A stretch of DNA of 64,000 nt. Origin: Pavona decussata (Eukaryota). The stretch lies in the NCBI GenBank assembly GCA_977016875.1, contig CDRNST010000265.1:248001-312000 (forward strand), written 5' to 3'. Of the stretch, positions 1 through 12,800 are shown in pieces. A program made the translations under genes and the position numbers. Every line of letters begins with the position of its first letter. Position 1 is the stretch's first letter. The notes beneath the pieces are model-generated. The model did no database searches, was not told where the DNA came from, and saw nothing but the letters and a program-made list of their open reading frames with translations.

Positions 1-803
1 GGAAGTCTTTCGATGAACAAAAATGAATTGTTTGGCTTTTAATACTTATCGATAAGTCTTCTAATATACGGTTGCAATATAATAAAACAAATGAAGTGCT
101 CGGTCTCATCTAACAGGATTCATTAGAAATTTCACACGATGACTTTCATTGGATATGAACGCCCAGAGTGGATGTCCAGATGTTCGTTCAATTTTAAGTT
201 ATGCTTAGCAGTTGTTCACTGCTGGGCCATGTAGGCTTAAAAAGACATCTTTATTTTCCATCTACTTAATTCCTCTAGCCGAAAGTCATTCTCCCAAAAT
301 ATAATTTATCTAATTCCATTCTTTTCTTTCATTGAATTATAGTTTCCACTGAAAATAATAACTTAACTATTATGTAAATAAATTGCACAACAATAATTTT
401 TGGGGAAAGGATGATCGTTCTAAAATGATTAATTGCTGGAATTTCGATAAGCTAAGTGCACTTCAGAATTTCCTTCAAATAATAAAATTAATAATGAAAA
501 AAAAAAAATAATAAAAATTAAATAAATAAATAATTCCGATGTTGGAGGGGAAGGTGGGGGAATACCTTATCCCCCATGAACGTCCGAGGATTAAACAGGA
601 ATTTAACAAATATTAAAGTGAAAGGAGCCTTTTAAATCTGACGTGTAAGGGTTACATGTTAACCTATACATAAAAGATTGCCATTAGGAAAACACTTCAA
701 ATGGAGCCAGAATAATACATTCGTGGGCAGATAAATATGATGATCACGAAAACGTGTTGCATTTAACATTGTTGCACGAAGGTTTTCCTTCAGCTGAGGC
801 AAG

Positions 804-882
804 ATGTCTGACGAGCGCCATCTCCCCCTGCGCATGTGCTTTGTGTTATTTACAGTTGTGCTGCTAATCCGAGGCAATGAAG
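804..882 (+). CDS. Exon 1, signal peptide ([26 protein letters not shown])
   Basis: ATG at 804, hydrophobic core, phase-1 donor GAAG|gtacc. Same exon in copy 2. An acceptor-like ttttccttcag at 783-793 hints at an upstream UTR exon. Confidence 0.8.
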
Positions 883-3800
883 GTACCTTGAAAAATCAAT
901 TTACTTTAATTTTAACATTTTCCTAGTATATTTCGTTATTTCTTTCCCTTAATAATAGCTAAAAGAGAAACAAAGATTTGGGGGTGGGGCGGAAGTAGAT
1001 CGCTGTGGAAGTAACCAGATAAAACAGCATTTTCAGAGATAGTTTAACTTAATAAAACTTGAACTAGTTTAAGGTCTTTAAACCTTTTTTGAAAGCAAAT
1101 ATCGCACGTTTTACAATTAATAGTCACCTGCATAGCTTTCTTGACGTCTTGAATTAATTTGAACAGCAATTATTGGTTGGGTGCTCATGGATGGACTATA
1201 CAATCAACCCAAATACTTTTGTGGATTAATTTACTGACGACAAAAAAGTCTTCAGTCTTAGTCAACCTTTGTCTATTGTCTTCTTTCATAGCCGCCAGTT
1301 TTAAGGCCGGAAAAGACAATGTAACGACATCCAGTCCAGGACTGTTCGCTTGCAAGAAAATATCGTTTTCTCAACCTTTCAATGGCGGAAAGAAAGTGAA
1401 AGTGTTTGCCTCATTTGATCATTCGGTGGAAAGAAGCCCAACTCGTGGTAACGGTGCTGCTATTTGGGTTGAATCAGAAGATCAAAATCAATTCACCACC
1501 TGTGTTTCTGAATACGGTGAAGGTTCTAATGGAACAGCGGAGGTGAATTGGATCGCTGTCCAATCCGTTCCTTCTAGGGCTCAAATAGGAACTGCTGACT
1601 TGGATCCTTGGACTACTGGGACACAATGCAAAAGGATCGACTTCCCACAGGTTAGCATAGTTGGTATTTCTATTAGTATTTGTTTCATGGAATTTCGATT
1701 TGCACAAAAGAAGTAGAAAAACCTCTTCCCGCTGGATTCATTTGTAATCAGAGTTCTAGGTTTAAAATAGGATCTTAAAAGTAACGGCCTTTCGTTTCTG
1801 GTATCAACTTAAGCCAGCTTTGGAAAAAGAAACCGTCTGTTAATTTAGACAATTTACTTTCCTTGCGAAAAGTTAGACGGACAGTATTTTCAACCTTGTT
1901 TGCCAAAATAATTTCTCGATTACAGGACGTCAATTTCAAAGTAAGCAGTCGATACCTTTTTTGTCAAAATTGATTTGTCCTCTCAATTATCGATATTTTG
2001 TGTAACTAATGCTTTAGAAATTGAAAAAAAAAAAGCTTACGCTCGTTATAAACTTAATTAACCATTGCAGTTGGTTTATCGAGGTTCACGTAAGAAGTTC
2101 TAAATCATAGTTTTTGTTTTTCTCACTTTTTTGAGCCATAAGCACCCAGACAGAGGTCCAAAAGTTCATGAGCTACTAATCTATTTTTCAGACAATGCTG
2201 GCACAAAATCAATGNNNNNNNNNNNNNNNNNNNNNNNNNNNNNNNNNNNNNNNNNNNNNNNNNNNNNNNNNNNNNNNNNNNNNNNNNNNNNNNNNNNNNN
2301 NNNNNNNNNNNNNNNNNNNNNNNNNNNNNNNNNNNNNNNNNNNNNNNNNNNNNNNNNNNNNNNNNNNNNNNNNNNNNNNNNNNNNNNNNGATTAGGTGGG
2401 TGCATGAGTGAGTGAGGGGGTAAGTGGGTGCGTGGGTGGTTTATTCGATTAGTGAGTAACTGAGTGAATAATGCGCGCGTTTCTGCGTGCGTGCGCGAGT
2501 CAGTTGGGAGTGGGTGGGTGGGTGGGAGGTTAGTGGGTAAAAGTGTGAGTGTGTGATTGAGTGAGTGTGTGATTGAGAGTGAATGAGTGACTGAGTGAGT
2601 GGGTGAGTGAGTGAGTGAGTGAGTGAGTGAGTGAGTGAGTGAGTGAGTGAGTGAGTGAGTGAGTGAGTGAGTGAGTGAGTGAGTGAGTTAGCGAGTAAGT
2701 GGTTAGGTGGGTGCATGAGTGAGTGAGGGGGTGAGTGGGTGCGTGGGTGGTTTATTCGATTAGTGAGTAAGTGAGTGAATAATGCGCGCGTTTCTGCGTG
2801 CGTGCGCGAGTCAGTGGTGAGTGGGTGGGTGGGTGGGTGGGAGGTGAGTGGGTAAAAGTGTGAGTGTGTGATTGAGGGTTTAAGTGAGTCTGTGAGTGAG
2901 TGAGTTGCTGAGTGGGAGAANNNNNNNNNNNNNNNNNNNNNNNNNNNNNNNNNNNNNNNNNNNNNNNNNNNNNNNNNNNNNNNNNNNNNNNNNNNNNNNN
3001 NNNNNNNNNNNNNNNNNNNNNNNNNNNNNNNNNNNNNNNNNNNNNNNNNNNNNNNNNNNNNNNNNNNNNNNNNNNNNNNNNNNNNNNNNNNNNNNNNNNN
3101 NNNNNNNNNNNNNNNNNNNNNNNNNNNNNNNNNNNNNNNNNNNNNGGGTATCTTTTATGCGCCTTAATCTCTAAAGGGAGAGATTGGTCTAGTTACAATA
3201 AAGATTTCGATGTTAACTACAATAACGAATTAACTAATACAAGGAGATTACAGCATAGAATAATTGATATGAAAAGAGTGAAACAATTCATTATTTACAT
3301 GCTGATTCGAGGAACTTGTCTCTCTTCTGGAACATTAAATTAGTATATTTACCTACTGTTTTAGTAGTATTTTCCTTGTCTAGAGTAAGTGGATAGCTAA
3401 TTTTGTCTTTATTACTTAAGTTGGCGATAACATGATTATTTTTGGAAATGAGAGAATGGAGTTCATGTCTAATTTTATCATATTCTTGGAAATACAACAA
3501 GAAAGCCGTTTGTCCTCAATGAAATTTCTTTTGCATATTAAGCAGGTTCTATCTACTACCGAGATTAATGCCCCTTTTTTTCTTATTTCCCAGTTTGTAT
3601 ACTCAGTGAATGAAGCACTAGTTGCAATTTCGAATTCGTAATACTAATTCTATGTGCTGGGTTTCTGATGGTCTTTAGAGAGTCCTCTAGTTGGTTGTCA
3701 TTTTTAAGTGTTTGTGAGTAGCTTTTTCTCTAGAGTTTTCAGAACTGTTACTGCGGATCTTCGGCTAATTTTGAAAATAGCTTTTTCCTTAGTTCCTTTA

Positions 3801-6800
3801 TAAGGGAGGAACGAGCATTCTTGATATGTTGTCGATTTACTATATTGCTTGTGGAGGGCATTCGTATTAACTCTCACTATTTAATTCATCAAAAAATCTT
3901 GCGTAACAAAAAGCTTCATTAAAGAGATGATTGTTTGTTTTATGTAGTAGGCTTTGCCAGTAACTAAAAATTAAAGCCTTTATGTCTATAGTTAAGAGGC
4001 TCCGTCCAAGTTCTACCCTACAGGCTATGTTTTATGTTTTATTTGTACCAGGGTGTATTTATTGTTTCTTTTCAGAACTTAATATGGACTTGTTCAACAG
4101 TCCTTTTGTCAAAATAAGTCTTATATGATAATAATTCAGGCTCAGCAATTTCGCGTTCATATAATAGTATAAGTTTGACAAGAGCATCACAAAGTTCATT
4201 CCTAATTGTAATTTTGGTCGTATCGGAATTAGGGAACGACCGTTTTATTATTGTCGTTATTAGTCCTCCCAAAAACCTTTCCTTATTCTTGTATGTTTGA
4301 TATCATAGCTCAGTCTGCCCTCTTACTTAGCAGTAAAAGGCATTCTTTCTCAGTTTTGTCATCCTGGTCCGTCTAGATTAGCTTTGCTACCTGCGGCGCC
4401 CAGAAAGTGTCCATGTAAATTTAAGCAAACACCAAATAAACTTGAAAGTTTAAGTTGAAGATAGAACTTTGTAAACTTTTTTACTAATGCGAATTCGTGG
4501 GATATAACGACCAGATCAAGTCCTTCTATCCCTACTATGTTTGTCTTTCTCTCAAAGATATGTTTGGCTACATTGTCCTCATTTTGGTATAACATTATTA
4601 AATTTAATTATATTTTGAATTTAGGTTGTCTTTTCTCTTCTGAAACATTAAATATGTGTATTTGCCTACTATATTTGAAGTGGTTTCATTTTCTAGGGTA
4701 AGTTAATACCGTGTCTTATCGTCATCATTTATGTTTTTAAAAATCATCGTGTGTTGAAACGAGAGAATGCAGCTCATTTCTAATGTTATTGAGTGAGTGA
4801 GTGAGTGAGTGAGTGAGTGAGTGAGTGAGTGAGTGAGTGAGTGAGGAGGTTGAACTTATATATTAAATGGTGATAACAAGTACTGTTCGATTATTTTCAA
4901 TTTCGTCTTGTTTTATATTTGATTTTTTAGCGTTTTATGACTCCACCAACTGTTCTGGTGACCCCTTCTCACAAGTTAGCCAAAAAACCCCAGGATGCCA
5001 TGGCTCTGTGGATTCAACATCCCAGTGTGGACAGTTTCACTCTTTGTGCCCGTGAAACCAAGCTTTTTGATGGCCTACACCAAAATATAAAAGTTGTGAG
5101 TAATTACTTTTTATTATTACTGTTTTTCAAGGTATTGCTTTTTTCTTCTGTAGCGTAATTCTTTGTCTTATAAAGAAATAAAATCGCCCTTTTAAAGGGT
5201 GAGTTGGACTGGAATAGAAAGTGCCCGAACTTGTCTCTGAACATTCGTGCCTATTGGAGTGAACGTAGCAATAAGCACACTCTCTGACTTTTCCTAAAAT
5301 TAATCTAAGGACACCTTGGTTTTAAAACCTTTATTGTGAAATGATTCTCTTAGAAATAAATCGTAAACGATTTTGACAACGATGGTGCTTCCTCCTCTAA
5401 AATGTCTTTGTCCTTTGATTATAAAACATTGCGTTTATCGTACTTTTCTCTTTTTACATTTGGTTAGTTTTATCAGGGGCTATAGGAAACAGGGTTTCGA
5501 CTAAATAAATATTACAGTTTATCTCAAGTAAAGTTGAAATACTCACAATGAATCAGTCTTTTGTTCTTTTCTGATCGTTGCTCGCCATTTATGTCAAGTA
5601 GAATAGCCCTAATAACCCTGCGTTTGATTCAGAAATATCCTGCAAGCGTTCGTCAAGTCTTGGTAACCGCGCGTCGAACTCCAATCCCAGGCGCGGGCAC
5701 TAAGCGCGCAAGCGTTAACCCTTATTGCCTGATTTCATACCGTGGGGGTCTGGGTACGAGTCTGTGTATTATGGGTTATGGGACTCAACACCCACATAGC
5801 CGGAAAGAGCACACCGCACTTTACAACATTTCCAAGTTTGGTGTTAATCACGCTAATATTAGGAAAGATACAGCCATTCAAAAACTCCAAATTTTACTAA
5901 GAAATGTATGGAACGCCGGACGTGTGTCCGGCGTTCCATACATTTCTTAGTAAATTTTTAAGTTTTTGAATGGCTGTATCTCGCCTAATATTAGCTTGAT
6001 TGACACCAAACTTGAGGATGTTGTAAAGTTCGACGTGCTCTTTCCGGCTATGTGGGTGTTGAGTCCCATAACCCATAATACACAGACTCGTACCCAGACC
6101 CCCACGGTATGAAATCAGGCAATGGGTTAACACTCGCGTGCTTAGCGCCTGCGCCTTAGATTTGATTAGGACGCTCGGTTACCAAGACTTAACGAATGCT
6201 TGCGATATAGTTCTGAATCATAATGGCGCGTTGTTAGGGCTATTCTAAAAGAAATAAATAAGGAGAAAAAACCAGTAAAGACAATAGACTACTTCATTGT
6301 GAGTAATTCAACTTTACTTGAGATAAAATGTAATCTTTACTTAGTCGAAACCCATGTTTCCTATAGCCCATGGTTTCATTTATTGTTAGGTCAATTCTTG
6401 GATGTATTGATGATGTGTTGGAAAACCTAAAAAATCCAAATGAGATAAAGAATCCTGAAAGGCGGCACTTAAGATTATTGGCTTAAATTCCAGGCTATAT
6501 CAGTTCATTGTCCCACTTTGAAAACGTAAATTAAGAGACAGTTTGAGACTTAATGCATTAATCTACATAACAAAAGGCGTGGGCTAAGAGGAGACAGGTA
6601 AAAGGAGAATAAGAAAGTACAAACAACAGCAGAGGTGAAAAGAAACACCAATGTAGCATGTTTAAACTTGTGTAGTAGCCTGTCAGACAGTCTGGTCAAA
6701 TACCCAAAAGATCTTAAAAACTGAAATAAGAGGGTTGTATTCGATTAAAGAAAAGTTTGACTTGAGCATTAATTTATTTTGCTTTCTTGCAGAACTGGTT

Positions 6801-9800
6801 AGCATTTACTAACCTCAATTTGGACAATTTTACCCTGACGAACAGTCTGTTGTTTGCAAACATTACTCCACCATCTCACAGAGACAACTATGCTTTCTGT
6901 CAGGTAAGGAAAGTAAATAAGCAAAATTACTAACTTTCATCATAGTCCTATACGTTTATGCATATTTATTTATTTATTTATTTATTTATTTGTTTTCTTT
7001 TAAAGAAAATCAACTTTACAGACCCATTCTTTGTTCCTCCTGTGGTAGTGGTGACGCCTAAACGCAGTTATAACAACTCGCATCTGTCTCCTGGATCTGG
7101 ATGTGACGCAATTGTCAGCTGGGTTGAGGTATTTTCTTTAACTTTGCTATGTTTATCGTTGATCCAATAAGCAATTGGTTTAGAGAAAGTAAGTAAGCAC
7201 GATTTTACATTATCTCCTGAGAATACAAACAAGTCCATATATCTAATATCCACTTGCTTCAAATTTTATCACAAAACTGGATGTTTTTGTTGTTTTATGC
7301 TGGATTTTGTGGCACTGTGAGAAGAAATCCACCCTTACTGGCCTCTTAACTTACTCAAGCAGTCTAGGGTCTCGGTTTGAAGTATGTTCGAAAAATATAA
7401 CTCGTCCACAAATTTTCGACATCTAAAGCCTAGAACGGGACGAAATTTTGCCTTATTTTAAAACTAGTTTTCGAACAAGGTCTTTCTTGGATCTCTTAGT
7501 AAGTAGCTTTTGGTCGGCAGGCTTAAAAATTAATCAAGATGGTTTCATAAAGCAAAGAAACTCAACCAAGATATAAAAATGTGAACTTTAAAGTGGCAAA
7601 AGAGATGCAACTCTAGCACTGATATAGTCTGCCAAGAACGAAGTCTTTTAGCTCCATCTCGATAGGCCACATAACTAAGAGAAATGAAAGACATATACAA
7701 AACGTATCCTTTGACATATAGAAAAAAAATAACAAAATAATTCCCGGTTCATGCGTCGAACTTTACATGAGCCGAACCTAATCATTTGGTTGGGCCCATG
7801 TAAATTTCGACGTATGAATCAGTTAGGATCGACAGATTTATATGTGGGTCGACCCGCCGTTCTATTCGAATGCGCCATTTGAATAGAACGGCAAAAGTTC
7901 GACTTCGATTCATACGTCGAACTTTACATGTGCAAAGGACTTCATTCTGCACAAAATGGCGGGAAAAGAGGAATGTGCTTGTTCTTCTTGTTTCTAAACA
8001 AATAAATATACTTGTCTGAGATGCGAAAGATTTTAAAAGAATCTATTCTTGATGTGCAAACGCACTTCAAACCGACCGAAACTGTCCAATACAGGCTATA
8101 TCGAAGGTGAAGCCTTAATACTTCTCAGAACAAAATGTTCAAAAACATCATTTGAAGAGAACATTACTTTATTCAAACAGAGATTACGCCACAGAGGTTA
8201 CCTCGATAACCTTTAGTTATAGATAAAACTCTTTCAGAAGTCAATTTCCTCAAACGAATGTCGGCACTACAAAACAAACAAAACACGCGCACAAACATTT
8301 TGCCTTTTGTTACGGATTATCGCCCTTATTTGCCCAACATAAAGAAATTGAGATGAGTAAATGACACTTGATAGAAAATCAGCCTCTGCTAAGAGAGATC
8401 TACAAAGACCCTTCCCACTTTCGTACAGAAAAGGAAGATCTTTGAAAGACGTACTCGTGAGAGCAAATTAGCTTTGGAGGTCATATTCTCCCTATCTCGT
8501 CAAATAGGAGCCGTGTTTGGCCTGTCTTCATTATTTTACCAAACAAGGTCTTCCATGTCAGAATTCATCTTTCCCGCCATTTTGAATCTTGTTGAGTAAA
8601 AAAAAACAGCCGCTGACCGCGAAAATCTATTTTAACACTTTAGCTTTAATTAAGTTCGACTTCAGTTAGGTTCGACGTCTGAATCAACTGCCGAACTTAA
8701 TTATTTGGGTCGACCTTAATAGATATTAATAGATATTAGGTTCGGCTCATGTAAAGTTCGACGCAGGGCAGTACATAGCAGGATGGGGGGGGGGGGGGGG
8801 GGGGGCAGGGCAGAGGGGGCAGCTGCCCCCGCCAGGAAAACTATTTTTTTTTTGTAACAGTGTTTCAATTTGTAGAGCTTATTCTTGTAGGTTGTTCCAA
8901 AATCTCAAGAAAATCTTATTGAGTGGAAAAAATATTCCTTCAATGAGAATTTCAAATAATTATGTTGGAAAATCTTTCAAGCCAAAAGCCAATACGAGTT
9001 TTCTTATGAAAATAACGATTTTGTAATTTGGGCTGCCTGTGGTGTAGAATTTGGTGTGCAAATAATGACTGGTCAACAAGCCTATGCCACTCCCTGGCGT
9101 GTGCCTTTTTTTTTTTTTAATCTAGCTTACACGAGTATGTTTTAATTGGTTTTAAAAGCCTGCGCGACTCCCATAAGTATTTTGGGTTTGAAGGATTTGA
9201 TAGAGCGTTGGATTTAACCATCGTATGATCAACATCACAGGTCATTTGTGCCTGATAAGTTTTGATTTTCCTTTTTTGAATTCTCTTCATTTTAAATATG
9301 ACTTCTTATTCTGTGTGTTCAACGACGGTGTTTTTATGCCACATAGGGCATTTCAGCTGGGTTTGGTTTGGCTTGTTTAGTTTGAACCGAACATTGCCTC
9401 TCATCTAATGGTAAATTTTAAACACAGTCGATGCACTGCAGCTGTAATTAAACGGAGAAAATCACTTAACTCCCACAATTCAAACGCACTATAACAGTTG
9501 AGCGAAGCACTTGCAAAAAGACAGTCGTGAATTAAGTACAATTTACGCCTTTTATGACTGTGACACGTTGCATAGCTCGATAACACGCTACAACGATTAC
9601 TAGAGAAACAAAGAAACAAATAGCCGTGCCAAGAAACACAACACCTTACATTATGACAAAAACTAATAGCCGGGCCTGGTATTACAACTACAAAATGAAG
9701 TTTATTACAAATTCAATCGGCAAGCAATGATTAATTCCTGTTCTAACATTTCACAAATCTCAACAAGAAGGCCGTTGAAACTATCAAGCACTTAAACAAG

Positions 9801-12800
9801 GTGTTTATGCCATAAAAAGTCATGACAATTTAAGACAAAAAGCAACAGTGTGTTTTTTTTTCCTTAAAGGTCTTTTAGGAAACTTTCTGTGTAGCGGTAA
9901 ACTGCAAAAACGTTCAACTAGAAACCCTGGAAGACCCCCGTGGGGGTGTGCGGAGTTTGCCCCCGCAGACAAAAAAATCCTAGGTACGACCCTGCCAACG
10001 TATGAACCGGGCCTAACATATACAAAATACAAAATACAAAATGTATACTTTGAAATCCGCAATGGACAGTGATAAACGTAGAATACCTTCCCCATCGATT
10101 GATATCGGCCTATATAGTCTTAAGTTATGATTGCTACGGATAAATAAATTACCAGGGATATTTAATTAAATTTCGTTAAATGCTAGTTAATTGTATGCAA
10201 AAAGTCACAAAATGAAGTGGTCTCTGCTTGAATATTATATTAAAAAGACTTCATTACAATTTACATCACTGCTGTCTCTAAGCCCAAAAATTAAACAATT
10301 CTGTTCAATTTTAGCACACATCCACAATGGAAACAGAAATTTGTGTGAAGCACTATAACAATGATGTCAACAAAAAAGACGCCATCCAAGTTGATTACGT
10401 GGTTATTGGAGGTAAGTAAAATCAGTTGTTACTGAAGACCAAGCAACAATTTATGTATATTGTCCATGCTGACAATTGTTTCTCTGGACTCTTCTTTACC
10501 TAAAATTAAGGACAAAGTCTTTGGACGAATTTTCATTGACGTTTTCTTTTCCTTTTTTTTTTTTTTTTTTTTTTTTTGCGCACGATACAAATATTTATAC
10601 ACGAATGAAAGACTACCAGTTCTCCGACCCACACTTACAGTGTTGACCTCGTGTACCTAAATAGGTTAGTCGTCTTCTGGAGAAAGTGGTGGGAAAGTAC
10701 TATGTTATTGACAGTGGATAGCATGGCTTCTAGGTCAGATCATGATACACTGGGAATGGTGTATATTGATTGAAATATTTGCCCCAATCCCTTTTGTCTA
10801 CCATTTCAGGTACATTCATAGCAGATATGACGCTAATACTAATACGCTTGTACACGTTTCGATGTTGAGGGAATCGAGAATAATGTATTTTTCCTTTGAG
10901 CGTTTCGGGTTTTGATATCTGCCATAATATCAAGCCAGATATATTCATCCTCCCCGAACTCAATTTCAAATCATCACGCTCTCCTGCTACTTCCAACCGG
11001 ATGTCTTACTTAGTTGAAGACTAACATTCCTTCCCTTGCACATATTTCTAGACTTGGATCCATGTTTAGACGTCACGTGCGATTACCACTGTCTTTGTAA
11101 GGCTTTTGGGCCTTTCGATGCTCGCTGTGTCAGTGTTGAGAACTGTCCCTCATTTCAAGAACCAATCTGTTCCTCAAATGGTACGACTTATGACAACAAG
11201 TGCCTGTTTGAACAGGAAATGTGTTTGCTGCAACTGAATTTTACAGTACGACATCCTGGCAGCTGTGAAGGTATGCTTAGTTACATAAAGGTTGAATTTT
11301 AGATACGTCTTTGAAGACTGACGGTATAAAGACATTATGTAAACCAATAATAAGCAACGTTTACTTAACAATGACTACAGCATTTATACTCTTTTAAAAG
11401 ATGCGCATCGGGGCACTAATATTACAAAACCGTGTCTCAATTTGGAGAGGAGATATGTTACATTTAGATACATGCACAACGCTGGAGTTCCTCTAAGAGC
11501 TATCGTGAATTAGTTCCAAGTCGTACGAACCTCAAATGGCTAAGAAATCCAAACCACAAACTTAAAGGGGAATTCTACTCCGAAAACAAATGGTAAATGG
11601 TTCGAACTGCTTTCTAAACTCTAAATTTTATTTCAAGTCATATCTAATTTTAATAACATTTGGAGGTTATTGCTACTTCTTAAACTAAAAGTTAAAATTT
11701 AGACATTATTTCCAACAATTTACCTTCTATCTCTTTTCGGACTAGAGGTTCCCTTTAAGAACTTGAAGTCATTTTATTTTATGGTCGGAGATGACTAAAC
11801 CAGGTTTGGTGGTGTGCGGGATCTCGATTATTTTGGATATGTGAGCAGGGGCGGAAAGCATAATGATTGCAATTAATCGGAAGGGGGTACGCTATTCTAT
11901 GTTTCTTGAGGGGTAGACATACGGGCATCGAGGGATAATAGAAAATACGAGGTTAGAATTTGACATGACTTCGTGTATTGACAAGCACTTTTTTAATACA
12001 ATAGCAAAGGAGGATTACCCTGTCAAACATCCATCTTGCCAATTTTCTATAAATTCAGAAATAAAATTTAACGATTTGGCTGGGATCGGAATTTTGACGT
12101 AAAGAGGGACGTGATGGCGGGAAAAACAGGCAAAAGGTGAAATGTAAAGAGCTCATTGTGAACACGCGTACAAAGCATGAGTTTGACGAATTGCTACACT
12201 TCTTAGTGAATTACTTTTTTTTTTTTTCGAATCTTAAAGTAGAAAAAAAGATTAGGTCCTCCAATAAAGCATTTTAAAAGTCCCACTTGTGTTTACATAG
12301 AAAACCCGCAATTACGCTCTTATATGTCTGACAATTCTTTTTAAATATTATCTCCTGTCATTTTTACTGATATATTTATTAACCATAACAACAATTTTTA
12401 TTTACAATAACTTAAGCCGATTTACGTTTTGTATTATGATAACAGGATTTCCATTTCAACGCGGTCGCTGTCACATGCCACACATTCCATCACTGGGGTA
12501 CTCCCATTGTGAAGTAATCCGTTTCCAACCTTACGTTTTCTATCCTGACAAGCCCATTGATGTGCAGATTACTGTCAATCACATTGACACCAGTGACAAG
12601 TCCTTTGTTCATGATGCCACAGTTTCTTGGGTTGAACACGTAAATTACCATCAATTCACTGCCTGTGTGATGGCAGCCGGTTTCAACGAACGCAAATCTA
12701 GTGCTAACGTGACCGTTGACTGGATGGGTTATCAGGGAGCTCCAGTTGGTGGTGTCAGTGGAGAGGTGCGCATATCGCAGTGGTGGACTGGGACGACTTG

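Larger units (their letters stand above)
7741..10013. mobile_element. PIF/Harbinger-like non-autonomous element, TAA TSD, copy-1 specific
   Basis: TAA|ttcccggttcatgcgtcg ... tatgaaccgggcc|TAA. Empty site aaaaTAAcatg at ~61953-61963. Confidence 0.85.

Noticed and set aside
1159-1291. N-terminal part of the 185-aa ORF (and of 55858-55990)
   Set aside because: Intron sequence upstream of the acceptor at 1291. The TTG start is not relevant in a eukaryote.
2131-3343. ORFs with X runs and the (LTHS)n ORF
   Set aside because: Read through N blocks or microsatellite. The N blocks adjoin simple repeats and look like masking or gaps. The same applies at 26090-26234, 44391-44610 and 56913-57463.
5561-6133. 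Two opposite-strand ORFs with nearly the same peptide ([19 protein letters not shown]...)
   Set aside because: Artefact of the palindromic MITE; absent from copy 2.
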